DNA from: Octopus bimaculoides
Lineage: Eukaryota
DNA length: 64,000 nt
Assembly: GCF_001194135.2 (NCBI RefSeq)
Contig: NC_069007.1
Location: forward strand, 5,575,294-5,639,293
Reading direction: 5' to 3'
Positions 1 to 13,039 of the stretch are shown here, in pieces (the stretch's first letter is position 1; every line of letters begins with the position of its first letter). A program made the position numbers and the translations under genes. The notes beneath the pieces are model-generated. The model was not told the DNA's origin and made no database searches. It saw only the letters and a program-made list of their open reading frames with translations.

Positions 1-89
1 GTCCTACAGGAGCCAGATATATATATATATGTGTATGTATGTATATATATATATATATATATGTGTATATATATGTGTATGTATGTATA

Positions 90-134
<45 letters not shown>

Positions 135-330
135 ATGTATGTATATATAAGTGTGTATGTTTATGTATGTGTATGTATATATATATATGTAAGTATGTCT
201 GTGTGTTTGTATCTAAATACATACGATATGCATACACATATATATATGTATTTATATATACATACACACATACAAATATGTATACACACACACATACACA
301 CTCTCACCCTCTTCATGTCCCAAAGGGAAA
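1..330. repeat. (TA)n/(TG)n/(TATG)n compound microsatellite
   Basis: Directly visible dinucleotide and tetranucleotide runs; source of the Y/I/C/V/H/T-rich spurious ORFs. Confidence 0.95.
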
Positions 331-1294
331 GTAATAGATATCGACAAAGAATTATTTAAAAACTAGAATATTGGGCAATGTCTCCGTCTCTCTTCCTCTC
401 TCTCTCTCACTTTCTTTCTCTCTCTCTCTNNNNNNNNNNGAAAGATGGTTGTTGCAAGTATTTACATGATCGATCTGATTATTGAGATCTATAACAATGT
501 TCCATTGGAGTTTATAAAATACATGTTGAAAGATTCTTCAAACTGTCTTTGTCTTTGATTGTTCCATGTATTGGAATTCATAAACACTGACATCAATACT
601 GAAATTCTTAATTTTGCTTTGATTAAAATTATTGAATCAATTTTCTTTATTTCAATCAATCATCTAATTAAATTTTATTCATTAACGATTTAATTTTCTC
701 TAATTTTTTTCTACACCAATCCATTTTCGTAGATTTAATTTATACTTTTAAGATTCAGATATGGTTTACATGTGTTGTTCCAATCAAAAGCACTTTAGCC
801 ATATTTCTTTTGTTCTTTTTTAAAAATTCTTGCAACCATGTTTTCAAGTTCATGTAATAAGATGCTTGGAGATAGATGTGGCTGTGTGATGAGACGTTTG
901 CTGCCAAGCCACAGGGTTCCAGGTTCAGTCCCACTGCATGACACCTTGGACAAGAGCTTTCTACTATAATCTGAGTCTGGTAGTTATTCTATCAGTTTCT
1001 TTTTCGAAACCGCTAAGTTACAAGGATGCAAGCAAACCCAATTGTCAAGCATTGGTGAGAAGCACAACCCCCCCTCACACGCACACACACAAACGTGCAC
1101 ATGTATGCATGATAGGCTTCTTTCAGTTTCCATCTACAAAATCCACTCACATGGCGTTGGTCAATCTTCAGCTGCAGTAAAAACACTTGCCCAAGGTGTC
1201 AGGCGGTGGACCTGAAACAAAGCTCACATGTTTAACAAGCAAGCCACTCAACCACGCCTGAATGATTTATTTTTAATCTTTTATCTTGAATCTT

Positions 1295-1735
1295 TTACTT
1301 TAATCTTTTATCTTTTAATCTTTTAATGTCATTTAACTGTAGCCATGTTGTGACACTGACCTGAAAGGTTTTAGTGAAATAAATTGACTCCACAACTTAT
1401 TTTCTTAAGCCTGGTGCTTATTCTATCTGTCTCTTTTGCTGAACCGCTATGTTATGGGGATGTAAATACACCAACACCAGTTGAGTTGTCAATCAATGAT
1501 GGTGGGAGACGAACATAGACACAAAGAAACACCCATTCACATGCACACCCACACACACATACAAAAATGTTATGATAAGCTTCTTTCACCTTGTGTCTAC
1601 TGATTCCATTCACAAGGCTTTGGTTAGCCCAAGGCCATATTAGAAGACACTTGCCCAAAGTATCATGCAGTGGGACTGAACCTGGAACCATGTGGATGAG
1701 AATCAAGCTTCTTACCGCACAACCATGTCTGCGCC
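1295..1735 (-). mobile_element. SINE family A (tRNA head, CORE-like block, internal microsatellite), diverged copy
   Basis: Reverse complement matches family A: head ...ggttcagtcccactgcatgatactttgggcaagtgtcttc, body gatagaataagcaccagg, tail (taaaag)n. Confidence 0.8.
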
Positions 1736-1986
1736 TATTTTAATTTTATAAACTACATCCTCACACTTGTGTCTGAAATTTTTCAAGCTTTGAGGTTTTG
1801 CAATTTATTTCTTTTAATCCACATTTTATAAAGCTGAATAGTTGGTTTTTTGTTTTTTTTTTCAAAAAAAATTTATTATAATTTTTTGAAGCTGAAAATA
1901 AAAAAAACATTACCCATGATTCTCTGCATCTATAGGAGAAGAAATTTGTCCACTTATTTTGTGTTTTGATTTTGTGTGAGTGTTTA

Positions 1987-2020
<34 letters not shown>

Positions 2021-3884
2021 AGTTAGTGTGTGTCTGTGTGTGTGAGTGTTTATATCAGTGTGTGTGCGAATGTGCATNNNNNNNNNNNNNNNNNNNNNNN
2101 NNNNNNNNNNNNNNNNNNNNNNNNNNNNNNNNNNNNNNNNNNNNNNNNNNNNNNNNNNNNNNNNNNNNNNNNNNNNNNNNNNNNNNNNNNNNNNNNNNNN
2201 NNNNNNNNNNNNNNNNNNNNNNNNNNNNNNNNNNNNNNNNNNNNNNNNNNNNNNNNNNNNNNNNNNNNNNNNNNNNNNNNNNNNNNNNNNNNNNNNNNNN
2301 NNNNNNNNNNNNNNNNNNNNNNNNNNNNNNNNNNNNNNNNNNNNNNNNNNNNNNNNNNNNNNNNNNNNNNNNNNNNNNNNNNNNNNNNNNNNNNNNNNNN
2401 NNNNNNNNNNNNNNNNNNNNNNNNNNNNNNNNNNNNNNNNNNNNNNNNNNNNNNNNNNNNNNNNNNNNNNNNNNNNNNNNNNNNNNNNNNNNNNNNNNNN
2501 NNNGCGTGTGAGTGTATCTATGTATACATACATATGTGTGCCTGTATGGGTGTATGTGTGTATGTGTGCATATGTGTGTATGTTTGCAGATGTGTGTGCA
2601 TGTGTATGCAAGTTAATATCTGTATGTGTGTGTGTGTGTAAATTATATTTAGTATTGAAAAAGCTGACAGAAATATGGCACAGCGTTGATGATTCTTGAT
2701 CCACATCCAATTTGACAAGAAACAAGTTTGTATTAACATTTCTTAGACAAGGCTCTTTACTCTCTCTTCCAATAATGTCTATCGACATACACCCCCACAA
2801 ACAAACAAAAATGAAAGAAGTTGTCAAAATTTATTTCATGGCATGTAGATATGTAAAGAACTTTTCCATTTTTGATTTCCAAAAATTATTTTGAAGTTTT
2901 TCCAAAAAATGACTAAAACGAGGGAAAGAAACAGCAGAATTGTAATATCTGGTTTTTAAAACATGGATATGATAAAAAAAAAATAAATAAAATAAAAAAA
3001 AATTGTAAAACTACAAAACTAAAATTCAAGATGGAAGGACTTACAAAACTTCAAATTAAAAATGAATTTCTTGAAAAAATTATGAATCTTGAAGTTTCTA
3101 AAACATGAATAAAAAATACTACCATAAAAAATACTCAAAAGATAAAAAGTTATGGCCAGATTTTTTTTTGTTTGTTTTTTTTTTTGGAACACCAGTTATA
3201 TGGTGTTCTTTGATCACCTCTCTACCATTTTATTTTAGTTTTTAATGGAATATTCAATGATAGTATTAGTAACTTCAGAATATAATAGCAAACATAACTC
3301 TTAATATCCTGTCAGATACAATACTGCTAGGGGCTGTATTTGCCAGATAGTCAAGAAACACATGCAATCATGAGAATGGTGCTAACCTTGTTGACATACA
3401 TTTAGAAAGAAATAAAGAACTCTCTGATATAATAGAAGGAAACACAATTCCTTTTTTCTATCCTTCATTTCTGTTCAGTAACATGACTCATTATAGGACT
3501 GGGAAAATTTTCAACGAAATGTTAACAATTCATGTAAGTATATAGAAGTTAATGCCTGCTCCATGAAGATAATTTGGATAATTTCAACTGTGCTTTTCAT
3601 CCTTCCATGTTCGGTAACTAGAACACTTTTTCAAGGGTAAGATTTGACAAAATTGTTACAGAATTGTCTGTTCAAATGCTAGTCTTTTTACATAGCATAG
3701 AAGCGATGCAACCATTTATAGTTACACCAATGCTGCAGAAGTTGCTTTGTCCCTTTCTGGAATTAAAATCTTCAAAGACAAATTTTGCCTTTCAATTTCC
3801 CAGAGTTAATAAAACAAAGCACCTGTCAAATACTGGATGTGCTTTTCTGTTTTTTTTTTAATTCTTATTAATTACACCTTTTTT

Positions 3885-4140
3885 TAGTGGCTTGGTGGTT
3901 AGGGTGTTGCACTCACAATTACAAGATCATGGGTTCAGTTTCTGAATAAGACAGTGCAATATGTTCTTGAGCAAAACACTTCCTTTTTACATTGCTCCAA
4001 TCCACTCAACAGTAAATGAGTTCCAGCAAAAACAAGGAAGTTAACTTTATGACAGACTGGCACCCCCATTCAGGGGAAATGTTGCGATATTGGTCAATTG
4101 TAACGCCAGGGAAAACAGGTAATCGACCCTACGAGTCAAG
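3885..4140 (+). mobile_element. Old tRNA-derived SINE with Meta/V-like central block
   Basis: tggtggttagg (A box), gggttcagtttc (B-box-like), then ttgagcaaaacactt...ttgctccaatccactca and gacagactggcacccccattcagggg, which resembles the 'gatggactggcgtcccgtccagggg' central domain of Meta/V-type SINEs. Family assignment is from recall. Confidence 0.55.
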
Positions 4141-4496
4141 AACTCAAAACAGTCCTTACATTTTCCTTTAAAAGGCACAACCTTTTTGGACCAGCGTTAG
4201 ACTCAATAACAATATAGTCCTTTGCTGTCTCCTTTGCAATTTTCAAAGTCCCGAAATCAGCTTTCACAGGTCTCACTTTCTAGATCTCCCTTTTCTACAA
4301 TCTCCATATGCATCATTAAGTGATAGGCATTTCTTTATACAGCTGTCCCCATACAAACACAACACACATCCATACCAGAGCAGTTTTTTTTCTCACAATT
4401 TACACCTGATTTCCTTTATGCTGAGTTTTTCTCTCATTACATTTTATGCATTTGTCTTTCATGCATCATTGCACCTTCATTAAAGCATGTTACTCT

Positions 4497-4865
4497 TTTC
4501 TCTTTTATTCTTTTACTTGTTTCAGTCATTTGACGGTGGCCATGCTGGAGCACCACCTGGAAGAACTATTAGTTGAATAAATCAACCACAAGATTTAGTT
4601 TTAAGCCTTGTACTTATTCTATTGGTTTCTTTTGCCAAACCACTAAATTACAGGGGATATAAACACACCAACACTAGCTGTCAAATGGTGATGGGGGCAG
4701 GAAACAAATGGGGGCAGGGAACAAACACAGACACACAGAGACACACACATATGTATGACAGGCTTCTTTCAGTTTCTGTCTACCAAATCCACTCACAAGG
4801 TTTTGGTCAGCTCAAGGCTAAAAAGAAAAAAAAGGCACTTGCCCAAGATGCCACGCTAGGGCTGA
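4497..4865 (-). mobile_element. SINE family A copy, head lost in gap
   Basis: ttttacttgtttcagtcatttgac...gccatgctggagcacc tail and body; cactcacaaggttttggtcag...cacttgcccaag. Confidence 0.85.
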
Positions 4866-6186
4866 NNNNNNNNNNNNNNNNNNNNNNNNNNNNNNNNNNN
4901 NNNNNNNNNNNNNNNNNNNNNNNNNNNNNNNNNNNNNNNNNNNNNNNNNNNNNNNNNNNNNNNNNNNNNNNNNNNNNNNNNNNNNNNNNNNNNNNNNNNN
5001 NNNNNNNNNNNNNNNNNNNNNNNNNNNNNNNNNNNNNNNNNNNNNNNNNNNNNNNNNNNNNNNNNNNNNNNNNNNNNNNNNNNNNNNNNNNNNNNNNNNN
5101 NNNNNNNNNNNNNNNNNNNNNNNNNNNNNNNNNNNNNNNNNNNNNNNNNNNNNNNNNNNNNNNNNNNNNNNNNNNNNNNNNNNNNNNNNNNNNNNNNNNN
5201 NNNNNNNNNNNNNNNNNNNNNNNNNNNNNNNNNNNNNNNNNNNNNNNNNNNNNNNNNNNNNNNNNNNNNNNNNNNNNNNNNNNNNNNNNNNNNNNNNNNN
5301 NNNNNNNNNNNNNNNNNNNNNNNNNNNNNNNNNNNNNNNNNNNNNNNNNNNNNNNNNNNNNNNNNNNNNNNNNNNNNNNNNNNNNNNNNNNNNNNNNNNN
5401 NNNNNNNNNNNNNNNNNNNNNNNNNNNNNNNNNNNNNNNNNNNNNNNNNNNNNNNNNNNNNNNNNNNNNNNNNNNNNNNNNNNNNNNNNNNNNNNNNNNN
5501 NNNNNNNNNNNNNNNNNNNNNNNNNNNNNNNNNNNNNNNNNNNNNNNNNNNNNNNNNNNNNNNNNNNNNNNNNNNNNNNNNNNNNNNNNNNNNNNNNNNN
5601 NNNNNNNNNNNNNNNNNNNNNNNNAATAACATATGTACGTGTACTTCATATTAATTATCTTTATCCATGCTAATTCATTTAAGCTGATTTCCTTTAGTGT
5701 TGGTATTTAGATAGTGAATGATTCCAGATATTTCTTTTAATGTGTTCTTTGATCTGCTTCTTCTTCCTTGCAACCTTGTTCAACATTACCAAATTATCGA
5801 AAATCCATCAGAAGTCAATGAGAGAGGTTTTTACATGATCTGATCACTTAGTCTTCCAGAAATAGCATTCAAATCTCCCTCAACTTCCACCCTGTACTCT
5901 TAAAATAAAATTTTAAAAACTGCGGTGAGTAGTGTTGTGTCTTGGATGCGCTCCACCCATTTTTTGCTGCTTGATATTCCTGGGGGAGGATAGTGGGGAA
6001 GGTAGAGTCTTCAGAGACTTTCTTCATAGCTTTCTGTCAAAAGCAACAGTCCTTAACATTTCCACCTTGATTCCAAAGTGCAACCAACTGTGACTATGGA
6101 CATCATCCAACCATCTCGTTCTTTCTCTATCACAGGGTCTCCTGCTAATTAGCTCAGCTTGTATGCATATGAATATGTTTATCCAT

Positions 6187-6570
6187 GGAGGCACAATGGC
6201 CCAGTGGTTAGGGCAGTGGATTCGCGGTCATAGGATCACGGTTTCGATTCTCAGACAGGGCGTTGTGAGTGTTTATTGAGCGAAAACACCTAAAGCTCCA
6301 CGAGGCTCTGACAGGGGATGGTGGTGAACCCTGCTGTACTCTTTCACCACAACTTTCTCTCACTCTTGCTTCCTGTTTCTGTTGTGCCTGTAATCCAAAG
6401 GGGTCAGCCTTGTCACACTGTGTCATGCTGAATCTCCCCGAGAACTATGTTAAGGGTACACGTGTCTGTGGAGTGCTCAGCCACTTGCACGTTAATTTCA
6501 CGAGCAGGCTGTTCCGTTGATCGGATCAACTGGAACCCTTGACGTCATAAGCGACGCAGTGCCAACAACA
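6187..6570 (+). mobile_element. SINE family B, full length, perfect 12-bp TSD
   Basis: A box tggcccagtgg, B box ggtttcgattct, tail gtgcc(aac)n; ATGTTTATCCAT at 6175-6186 and 6571-6582. Confidence 0.95.
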
Positions 6571-6599
6571 ATGTTTATCCATACAGCCATTTTCTACAT

Positions 6600-6860
6600 C
6601 CACTATTTCTGGGAGAATCATAAGGGTAGAATTCCAAGGCACCTCCTCCATATGGGCCTACCAGAAACAACTATCATTACACTTTTCTGCTGGATTCCCA
6701 ACTGAAGCAATAAATATTGTCCAAACATTTCGTTGTTGGTCTACCCTTATGTCTCCTATTGGTTGGCTCAACTTGAAGAACCTTTCTTGCTATTCTCCCC
6801 TGCAATATTCTGACCACATGTCCATAGTCCTGGAGCTGTGACCTCCCAATGTGAAGAAAT
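6600..6860 (-). pseudogene. RTE-clade LINE ORF C-terminal fragment
   Basis: Minus-strand translation RSQLQDYGHVVRILQGRIARKVLQVEPTNRRHKGRPTTKCLDNI matches the RTE 'LRWYGHV.R...R.P.GRP...W.D' C-terminal motif. Confidence 0.75.
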
Positions 6861-6890
6861 AGCTATGCTACATCAAAGTGTAGCATAGCC

Positions 6891-7310
6891 AGGTGTGGCT
6901 GTGTGGTAAGAAGTTTGCTTCTCAACCACATGGTTCCAGGTTCAGTCTCACAGCATGACACCTTGGGCAAGCCTCTTCTGTCTTCTGCTATAGCCTGGGG
7001 CTGACCAAAGCCTTGTGAACGGATTTGATAGACCAAAACTGAAAAATGCTTATTGTATACATATACATATGTGTGTGTGTGTGTGTGTGTGTCTATATTT
7101 GTCCCTCGCCACTGCTTGACAACTGCTGTTGGTGTGTTTATGTCATTCTGACTTAGTGCAGGGGGGGGGGGAGTGAATAATAGAATAAATATCAGGCTCA
7201 AAGAAAAAAAAAAAAAAAGTACTGTTAGTTGATTCATTAGAGTAAAATTCTCCACAGTGGTGGTGCCTCAGCATGGCTGCAGTCCAATACTGAAGCAAGT
7301 AAAAGATGAA
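6891..7310 (+). mobile_element. SINE family A, full length, diverged
   Basis: aggtgtggctgtgtggtaag...ccaggttcagtctc...ccttgggcaag...(TG)n...gatagaataaat...gcatggctgcagtc...aagtaaaaga. Confidence 0.85.
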
Positions 7311-8601
7311 AAAAAAAGATAAAAAGGACAGAATGCTCATGGTTTGATCACCTTTGATTACAAACCTGTAGTGGATCAATATCAACTTAGATGTAAACAA
7401 TAATCACCGAATAACCAATATTCAAAATTAAACAACCACCTGTAGTTACCTGTGCGTTTTCACACATTAGAATTTCTTAAATTTCTCGAAAATATCCAGC
7501 TTACAATTTCCATTAATGCATTGAATAATTTACCACAGAGATTCCATCCTGATTTTATTCCTAACCCCACGCTCGTTGCATTCTATTGACACTTTACCAG
7601 GATGTGTTAAGAACAGATTTCCAAAGAACTATCTGCATGTCCATCCAATATGGTCTTCACTCCAACACAATGGCCAACATCTTTGGTTTCTTGTTAAGGA
7701 AATATTGTAAGTTAAGTGCAAGTTTGTCCCGATAAATGAAGTGAGATTGTAAAAAAAGGAAAGCTAAGTGGCTTAGCATGTGTAACTTTTACCTTCACTG
7801 TCATTAACAGGTTTTCTCCATCATTGTTATGATGGCTTTTTACCAAGTTAAGGAGAGAAATAAAGACAAAAGCAGAAAAAAAAAAAGTTAAGTAAAGTTA
7901 GGCGTCTTTTTTTTTTTACTTTTATTTTGCTTTACAAGAAAATAAATGTGTTTCCTCTGAAAATTGTGTTGATAATCTACAAACTTTTCTGGAATGGAAC
8001 ATAATAAAATTTCCAGTCCAAACTAACATCAAGTGCAATAATATGTGTGTGCGTGCGTGTGTGTGTGTGTGTGTGTATACACACACACCTATATATATAT
8101 ATGTATGTATNNNNNNNNNNNNNNNNNNNNNNNNNNNNNNNNNNNNNNNNNNNNNNNNNNNNNNNNNNNNNNNNNNNNNNNNNNNNNNNNNNNNNNNNNN
8201 NNNNNNNNNNNNNNNNNNNNNNNNNNNNNNNNNNNNNNNNNNNNNNNNNNNNNNNNNNNNNNNNNNNNNNNNNNNNNNNNNNNNNNNNNNNNNNNNNNNN
8301 NNNNNNNNNNNNNNNNNNNNNNCTAACATCAAGTGCAATAATATGTGTGTGCGTGCGTGTGTGTGTGTGTGTGTGTATACACACACACCTATATATATAT
8401 ATGTATGTATATGTATATAGATATATGTATATATACATATGTATACACACATATATATGTATACGTATATGCATACATATACATGTGTACATGTATATAT
8501 ACATATGTATAGACACACACACACGTATATATGTCTATATGTATATATATGCGTGTGTGTGTGCATATATATATATTTATATATGTATATGTATGTATGT
8601 A

Positions 8602-8636
<35 letters not shown>

Positions 8637-9960
8637 GCATATATATAAATATGCATATATCTATCTATCTATCTATATATATATGTATATATGTATATNN
8701 NNNNNNNNNNNNNNNNNNNNNNNNNNNNNNNNNNNNNNNNNNNNNNNNNNNNNNNNNNNNNNNNNNNNNNNNNNNNNNNNNNNNNNNNNNNNNNNNNNNN
8801 NNNNNNNNNNNNNNNNNNNNNNNNNNNNNNNNNNNNNNNNNNNNNNNNNNNNNNNNNNNNNNNNNNNNNNNNNNNNNNNNNNNNNNNNNNNNNNNNNNNN
8901 NNNNNNNNNNNNNNNNNNNNNNNNNNNNNNNNNNNNNNNNNNNNNNNNNNNNNNNNNNNNNNNNNNNNNNNNNNNNNNNNNNNNNNNNNNNNNNNNNNNN
9001 NNNNNNNNNNNNNNNNNNNNNNNNNNNNNNNNNNNNNNNNNNNNNNNNNNNNNNNNNNNNNNNNNNNNNNNNNNNNNNNNNNNNNNNNNNNNNNNNNNNN
9101 NNNNNNNNNNNNNNNNNNNNNNNNNNNNNNNNNNNNNNNNNNNNNNNNNNNNNNNNNNNNNNNNNNNNNNNNNNNNNNNNNNNNNNNNNNNNNNNNNNNN
9201 NNNNNNNNNNNNNNNNNNNNNNNNNNNNNNNNNNNNNNNNNNNNNNNNNNNNNNNNNNNNNNNNNNNNNNNNNNNNNNNNNNNNNNNNNNNNNNNNNNNN
9301 NNNNNNNNNNNNNNNNNNNNNNNNNNNNNNNNNNNNNNNNNNNNNNNNNNNNNNNNNNNNNNNNNNNNNNNNNNNNNNNNNNNNNNNNNNNNNNNNNNNN
9401 NNNNNNNNNNNNNNNNNNNNNNNNNNNNNNNNNNNNNNNNNNNNNNNNNNNNNNNNNNNNNNNNNNNNNNNNNNNNNNNNNNNNNNNNNNNNNNNNNNNN
9501 NNNNNNNNNNNNNNNNTTAATACCAAAACAGCTGACAAAGAATTCTTCCTTTGTTATTTTTATTATTATTTTTTTTCTTCTTGAAATAACTTAACATTTT
9601 TTTTTCAATGCGTGTTTAGTAGAAAAAATAGTTTCCAATTAAAATATATTGTTTCTCTAAACAAACCAACTTATTTCATGTTACATGGTTTAAAAATTGT
9701 TTAGAAAACAGTTTGGTGGTGCCAAAAAAAAAAAAAAAAATATTGATTGGATGAAAACAATAGATGTTTGAATACAGTGGCATGGTTTCAATCCTTTTGA
9801 AAGTTGTGTGCAATACATAATTCTTTCCAAGACATAAAAGACATGAAATACGATATCTTAACAGCGTAATTTATAAAAGAAACATTACCAGCTCATGCTC
9901 CTGATGGATGTGATGGGTTAGCTACTGAAATGAAACTTTATAATTGTTACACTTTGTGAA

Positions 9961-10298
9961 GATGCATGGCTCAGTGGTTAGAGCACCAGGCTCACAATCA
10001 TGAAGTAATGAGTTCAATTCTTGGACTGAGCTATGTTCTTGAGCAAGACACTTTATTTCACATTGCTCCACTTCACTCAGCTGTAGAAATGAGTTGCGAT
10101 GTCACAGGTGCCAAGCTGTATCGGCCCTTGCCTTTTCCCTTGGATAACATCAGTGGCATGGAGAGATGGGAGGCTGGTATGCATGGGAAACTGCTGGTCT
10201 TCCGTAAACGACCTTGCCTGGACTTGTGCCTTGGAGGGGAACTTTCTAGGTGCAATCCCATGGTCATTCATGACCAAAAGAGGTCTCTTACCCTCTTT
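9961..10298 (+). mobile_element. SINE family I, full length
   Basis: tggctcagtgg (A box), gagttcaattc (B box), ttgagcaagacactttatttcacattgctcc...cccttggataacatcagtggc...gtcattcatgacc; homologous to 39068-39362 (+) and 58325-58548 (-). Confidence 0.85.
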
Positions 10299-11663
10299 TG
10301 ATTGTTAATGTTAAAGGCACAGACACGGATGTGTAGGGACAGGTATGTCTATGTGGTAAGAACTTTTCTCTCCAGTAACATGGTTCTCCGTTCAGTCACA
10401 CTGTGTGACACCTTGGGCAAGTATCTTCTACTGCAGCCTCAGGCTGACCAAAGACTTTTGAGCGGAGTTGGCTGACAGAAACTTATATATATACACCCCC
10501 CCCCCACACACACAGACATATGGTTCAAATGTGCAAAAACAAAAGACAGAGAGAGGGAGCAGGGAACAAGAAGCAGGTGTATTAGTTTGATGCTCAAGAA
10601 AATGGAAAAGTCTTTGACATTTGATGCCTACACTCTTTGACAGAAAGGGATGAGAGGAAAAAATGGAGAGAAAAAGGAAAAACAGAGAGAAAATAATGTC
10701 AGGATTCACCGTGTGTGTGTCTGTGTGTTTGTGTCTGTGTGTTTGTGTGTGTATGTCTGTGTGTGTTTGTGTATGTGTCTTGTGCATATGTCTGCGTGGG
10801 TTTGCATGTGTGTCTGTGTGTGTTTCTCTGTGTGTGTTTGTGTGTGTGTGTGTGTGTGTGTCTGGCTGTGTGTGTGTGTGTGTGTGTCTGAGATTGTATC
10901 TGTGTGTGTGTGTGTGTGTGTGTGTATCTGTCTGTGTGTGTTTGTGTGTGTGTGTCTGTGTTTGTTCTCCACTGCTACTTGACAATTGGTGTTGATAGGC
11001 AGTGCTCCAGCATGGCAACAGTTTACTGACTAAAACAAGTAAAAGATAAAAGATTGCAAGGTGGCACAATCACTAGCATGTCAGGCTACTTGGTGATATT
11101 TCTTTTGACTCATGATGTTCTGAGTTCAAATTCTGTTGAGGTCGATGGTGCCTTTCACTCTTTTGGAGTTGATAAAATAATTACCTGTTGAGCAGTGGTG
11201 GTGGTGGNNNNNNNNNNNNNNNNNNNNNNNNNNNNNNNNNNNNNNNNNNNNNNNNNNNNNNNNNNNNNNNNNNNNNNNNNNNNNNNNNNNNNNNNNNNNN
11301 NNNNNNNNNNNNNNNNNNNNNNNNNNNNNNNNNNNNNNNNNNNNNNNNNNNNNNNNNNNNNNNNNNNNNNNNNNNNNNNNNNNNNNNNNNNNNNNNNNNN
11401 NNNNNNNNNNNNNNNNNNNNNNNNNNNNNNNNNNNNNNNNNNNNNNNNNNNNNNNNNNNNNNNNNNNNNNNNNNNNNNNNNNNNNNNNNNNNNNNNNNNN
11501 NNNNNNNNNNNNNNNNNNNNNNNNNNNNNNNNNNNNNNNNNNNNNNNNNNNNNNNNNNNNNNNNNNNNNNNNNNNNNNNNNNNNNNNNNNNNNNNNNNNN
11601 NNNNNNNNNNNNNNNNNNNNNNNNNNNNNNNNNNNNNNNNNNNNNNNNNNNNNNNNNNNNNNN

Positions 11664-11704
<41 letters not shown>

Positions 11705-11754
11705 TTACTTATTTCAAAAGAAATGTAGAGAGTTTAAATCTTTTCATACAAGCC

Positions 11755-12240
11755 TAACGGGGACTGTCCTTGGTTTCACCTGAGATTGTTCCAGGCTCTA
11801 TAATACAAAATTCCTGTTTCAAACTGATCTAAATTAACATCTTCCATCAAAATTTCATGTTATTTTACGTTACAAACACTAGCATAACAACAACAACAAC
11901 AACAACAATGTTATTTTACTAAATTCTTCATTATTTTCAAAATTAATTTGTACAAATATTTTGTATTTCAACAGAAATATGGTAATTAAAAGATTGATAC
12001 GGACAGAATTACTTTCACTAGAGTCTTCATTAGTTTCAAAACTGACAGAAACAAAGACAGTGTTTTTGAGCAGAAATATGGTAATAAAAGGGTTAACCGT
12101 TTCTATGCCAATCTGGCTAAAGACCACCTTTCATTTGCTGATAAAATTTTAAAGTGATCTGAATTAAAACCTTCAATCAAAATTTCATGTTTGTTTATAT
12201 TTTAAACATCAGCTTAATGATGATGAAGTTACATTTATGC
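11755..12240 (+). mobile_element. TTAA-bounded non-autonomous elements (piggyBac-like MITE), tandem
   Basis: Recurrent ~220-bp unit (ttccatcaaaatttcatg...aaacac(c/t)agc...ttattttactaaattcttca...cagaaatatggtaa..aaagggTTAA); junction aaaagggTTAAccgttt with TTAA at 12093-12096. Confidence 0.6.
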
Positions 12241-12319
12241 ATTTGTTTTGCAAGATTCCTGACGTGAAAAAGGTGTGTTGAAACAGATATTGTCATATTT
12301 CAGAACGATCATTTTTCTT

Positions 12320-12355
<36 letters not shown>

Positions 12356-12417
12356 ATAGTGTGTGTGTTTATTTGGCAAAAGAAAAAAAATGACCACCCC
12401 AAAATATAACAATAATT

Positions 12418-12637
12418 CTCTTTTATTCTCTTTTGCTTGTTTCAGTCATTTGACTGTGGCCATGCTGCAGCACCGCCTTTAGTCGAATCAAATCAACCCC
12501 GGGACTTATTCTTTGTAAGCCTAGTACTTATTCTATCGGTCTCTGAACCGCTAAGTTACGGGGACGTAAACACACCAGCATCAGTTGCCAAGCGATGTTG
12601 GGGTGACAAACACAGACACACAAAGATATACACACAC

Positions 12638-12720
<83 letters not shown>

Positions 12721-12901
12721 NNNNNNNNNNNNNNNNNNNNNNNNNNNNNNNNNNNNNNNNNNNNNNNNNNNNNNNNNNNNNNACAAGGCTTTGGTCAGCG
12801 TGAGGCTACAGTAGAAGACACTTGCCCAAGGTGCCACGCAGTGGGACTGAACCCGGAACCATGTGGTTGGTAAGCAAGCTACTTACCACACAGCCACTCC
12901 T
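12418..12901 (-). mobile_element. SINE family A, full length, young
   Basis: Closely matches the CpG-rich copies at 17897 and 61590; internal (CA)n(TA)n with a gap. Confidence 0.92.
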
Positions 12902-13039
12902 ACGCCTACATAGGATGAAGTTTTTTTACTAAATTATTCATAATTTTAAAAAATTATTGGAAAAAGAAAGAGCAGTGTATTTCTTAGATTCATCTATTAA
13001 TGAGTAGGAGATAATCTTGCTTCATGAAAAATGTAATTC

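Noticed and set aside
4-359. ORFs rich in Y/I/C/V/H/T here and at dozens of other sites (e.g. 10428-11069, 44257-44837, 59298-59739)
   Set aside because: Translations of (TA)n/(CA)n/(GA)n microsatellites, which lack stop codons in several frames.
8023-8410. Identical 88-bp sequence on both sides of a gap (8023-8110 / 8323-8410); similarly 21376-21463 / 21474 onward
   Set aside because: Typical unmerged contig overlap at scaffold gaps, not a biological duplication.
4622-9594. Long ORFs of 200-500 aa spanning N runs (also at 35-36, 53.7-54.7 and 55.8-56.8 kb)
   Set aside because: Length comes from X residues in assembly gaps.
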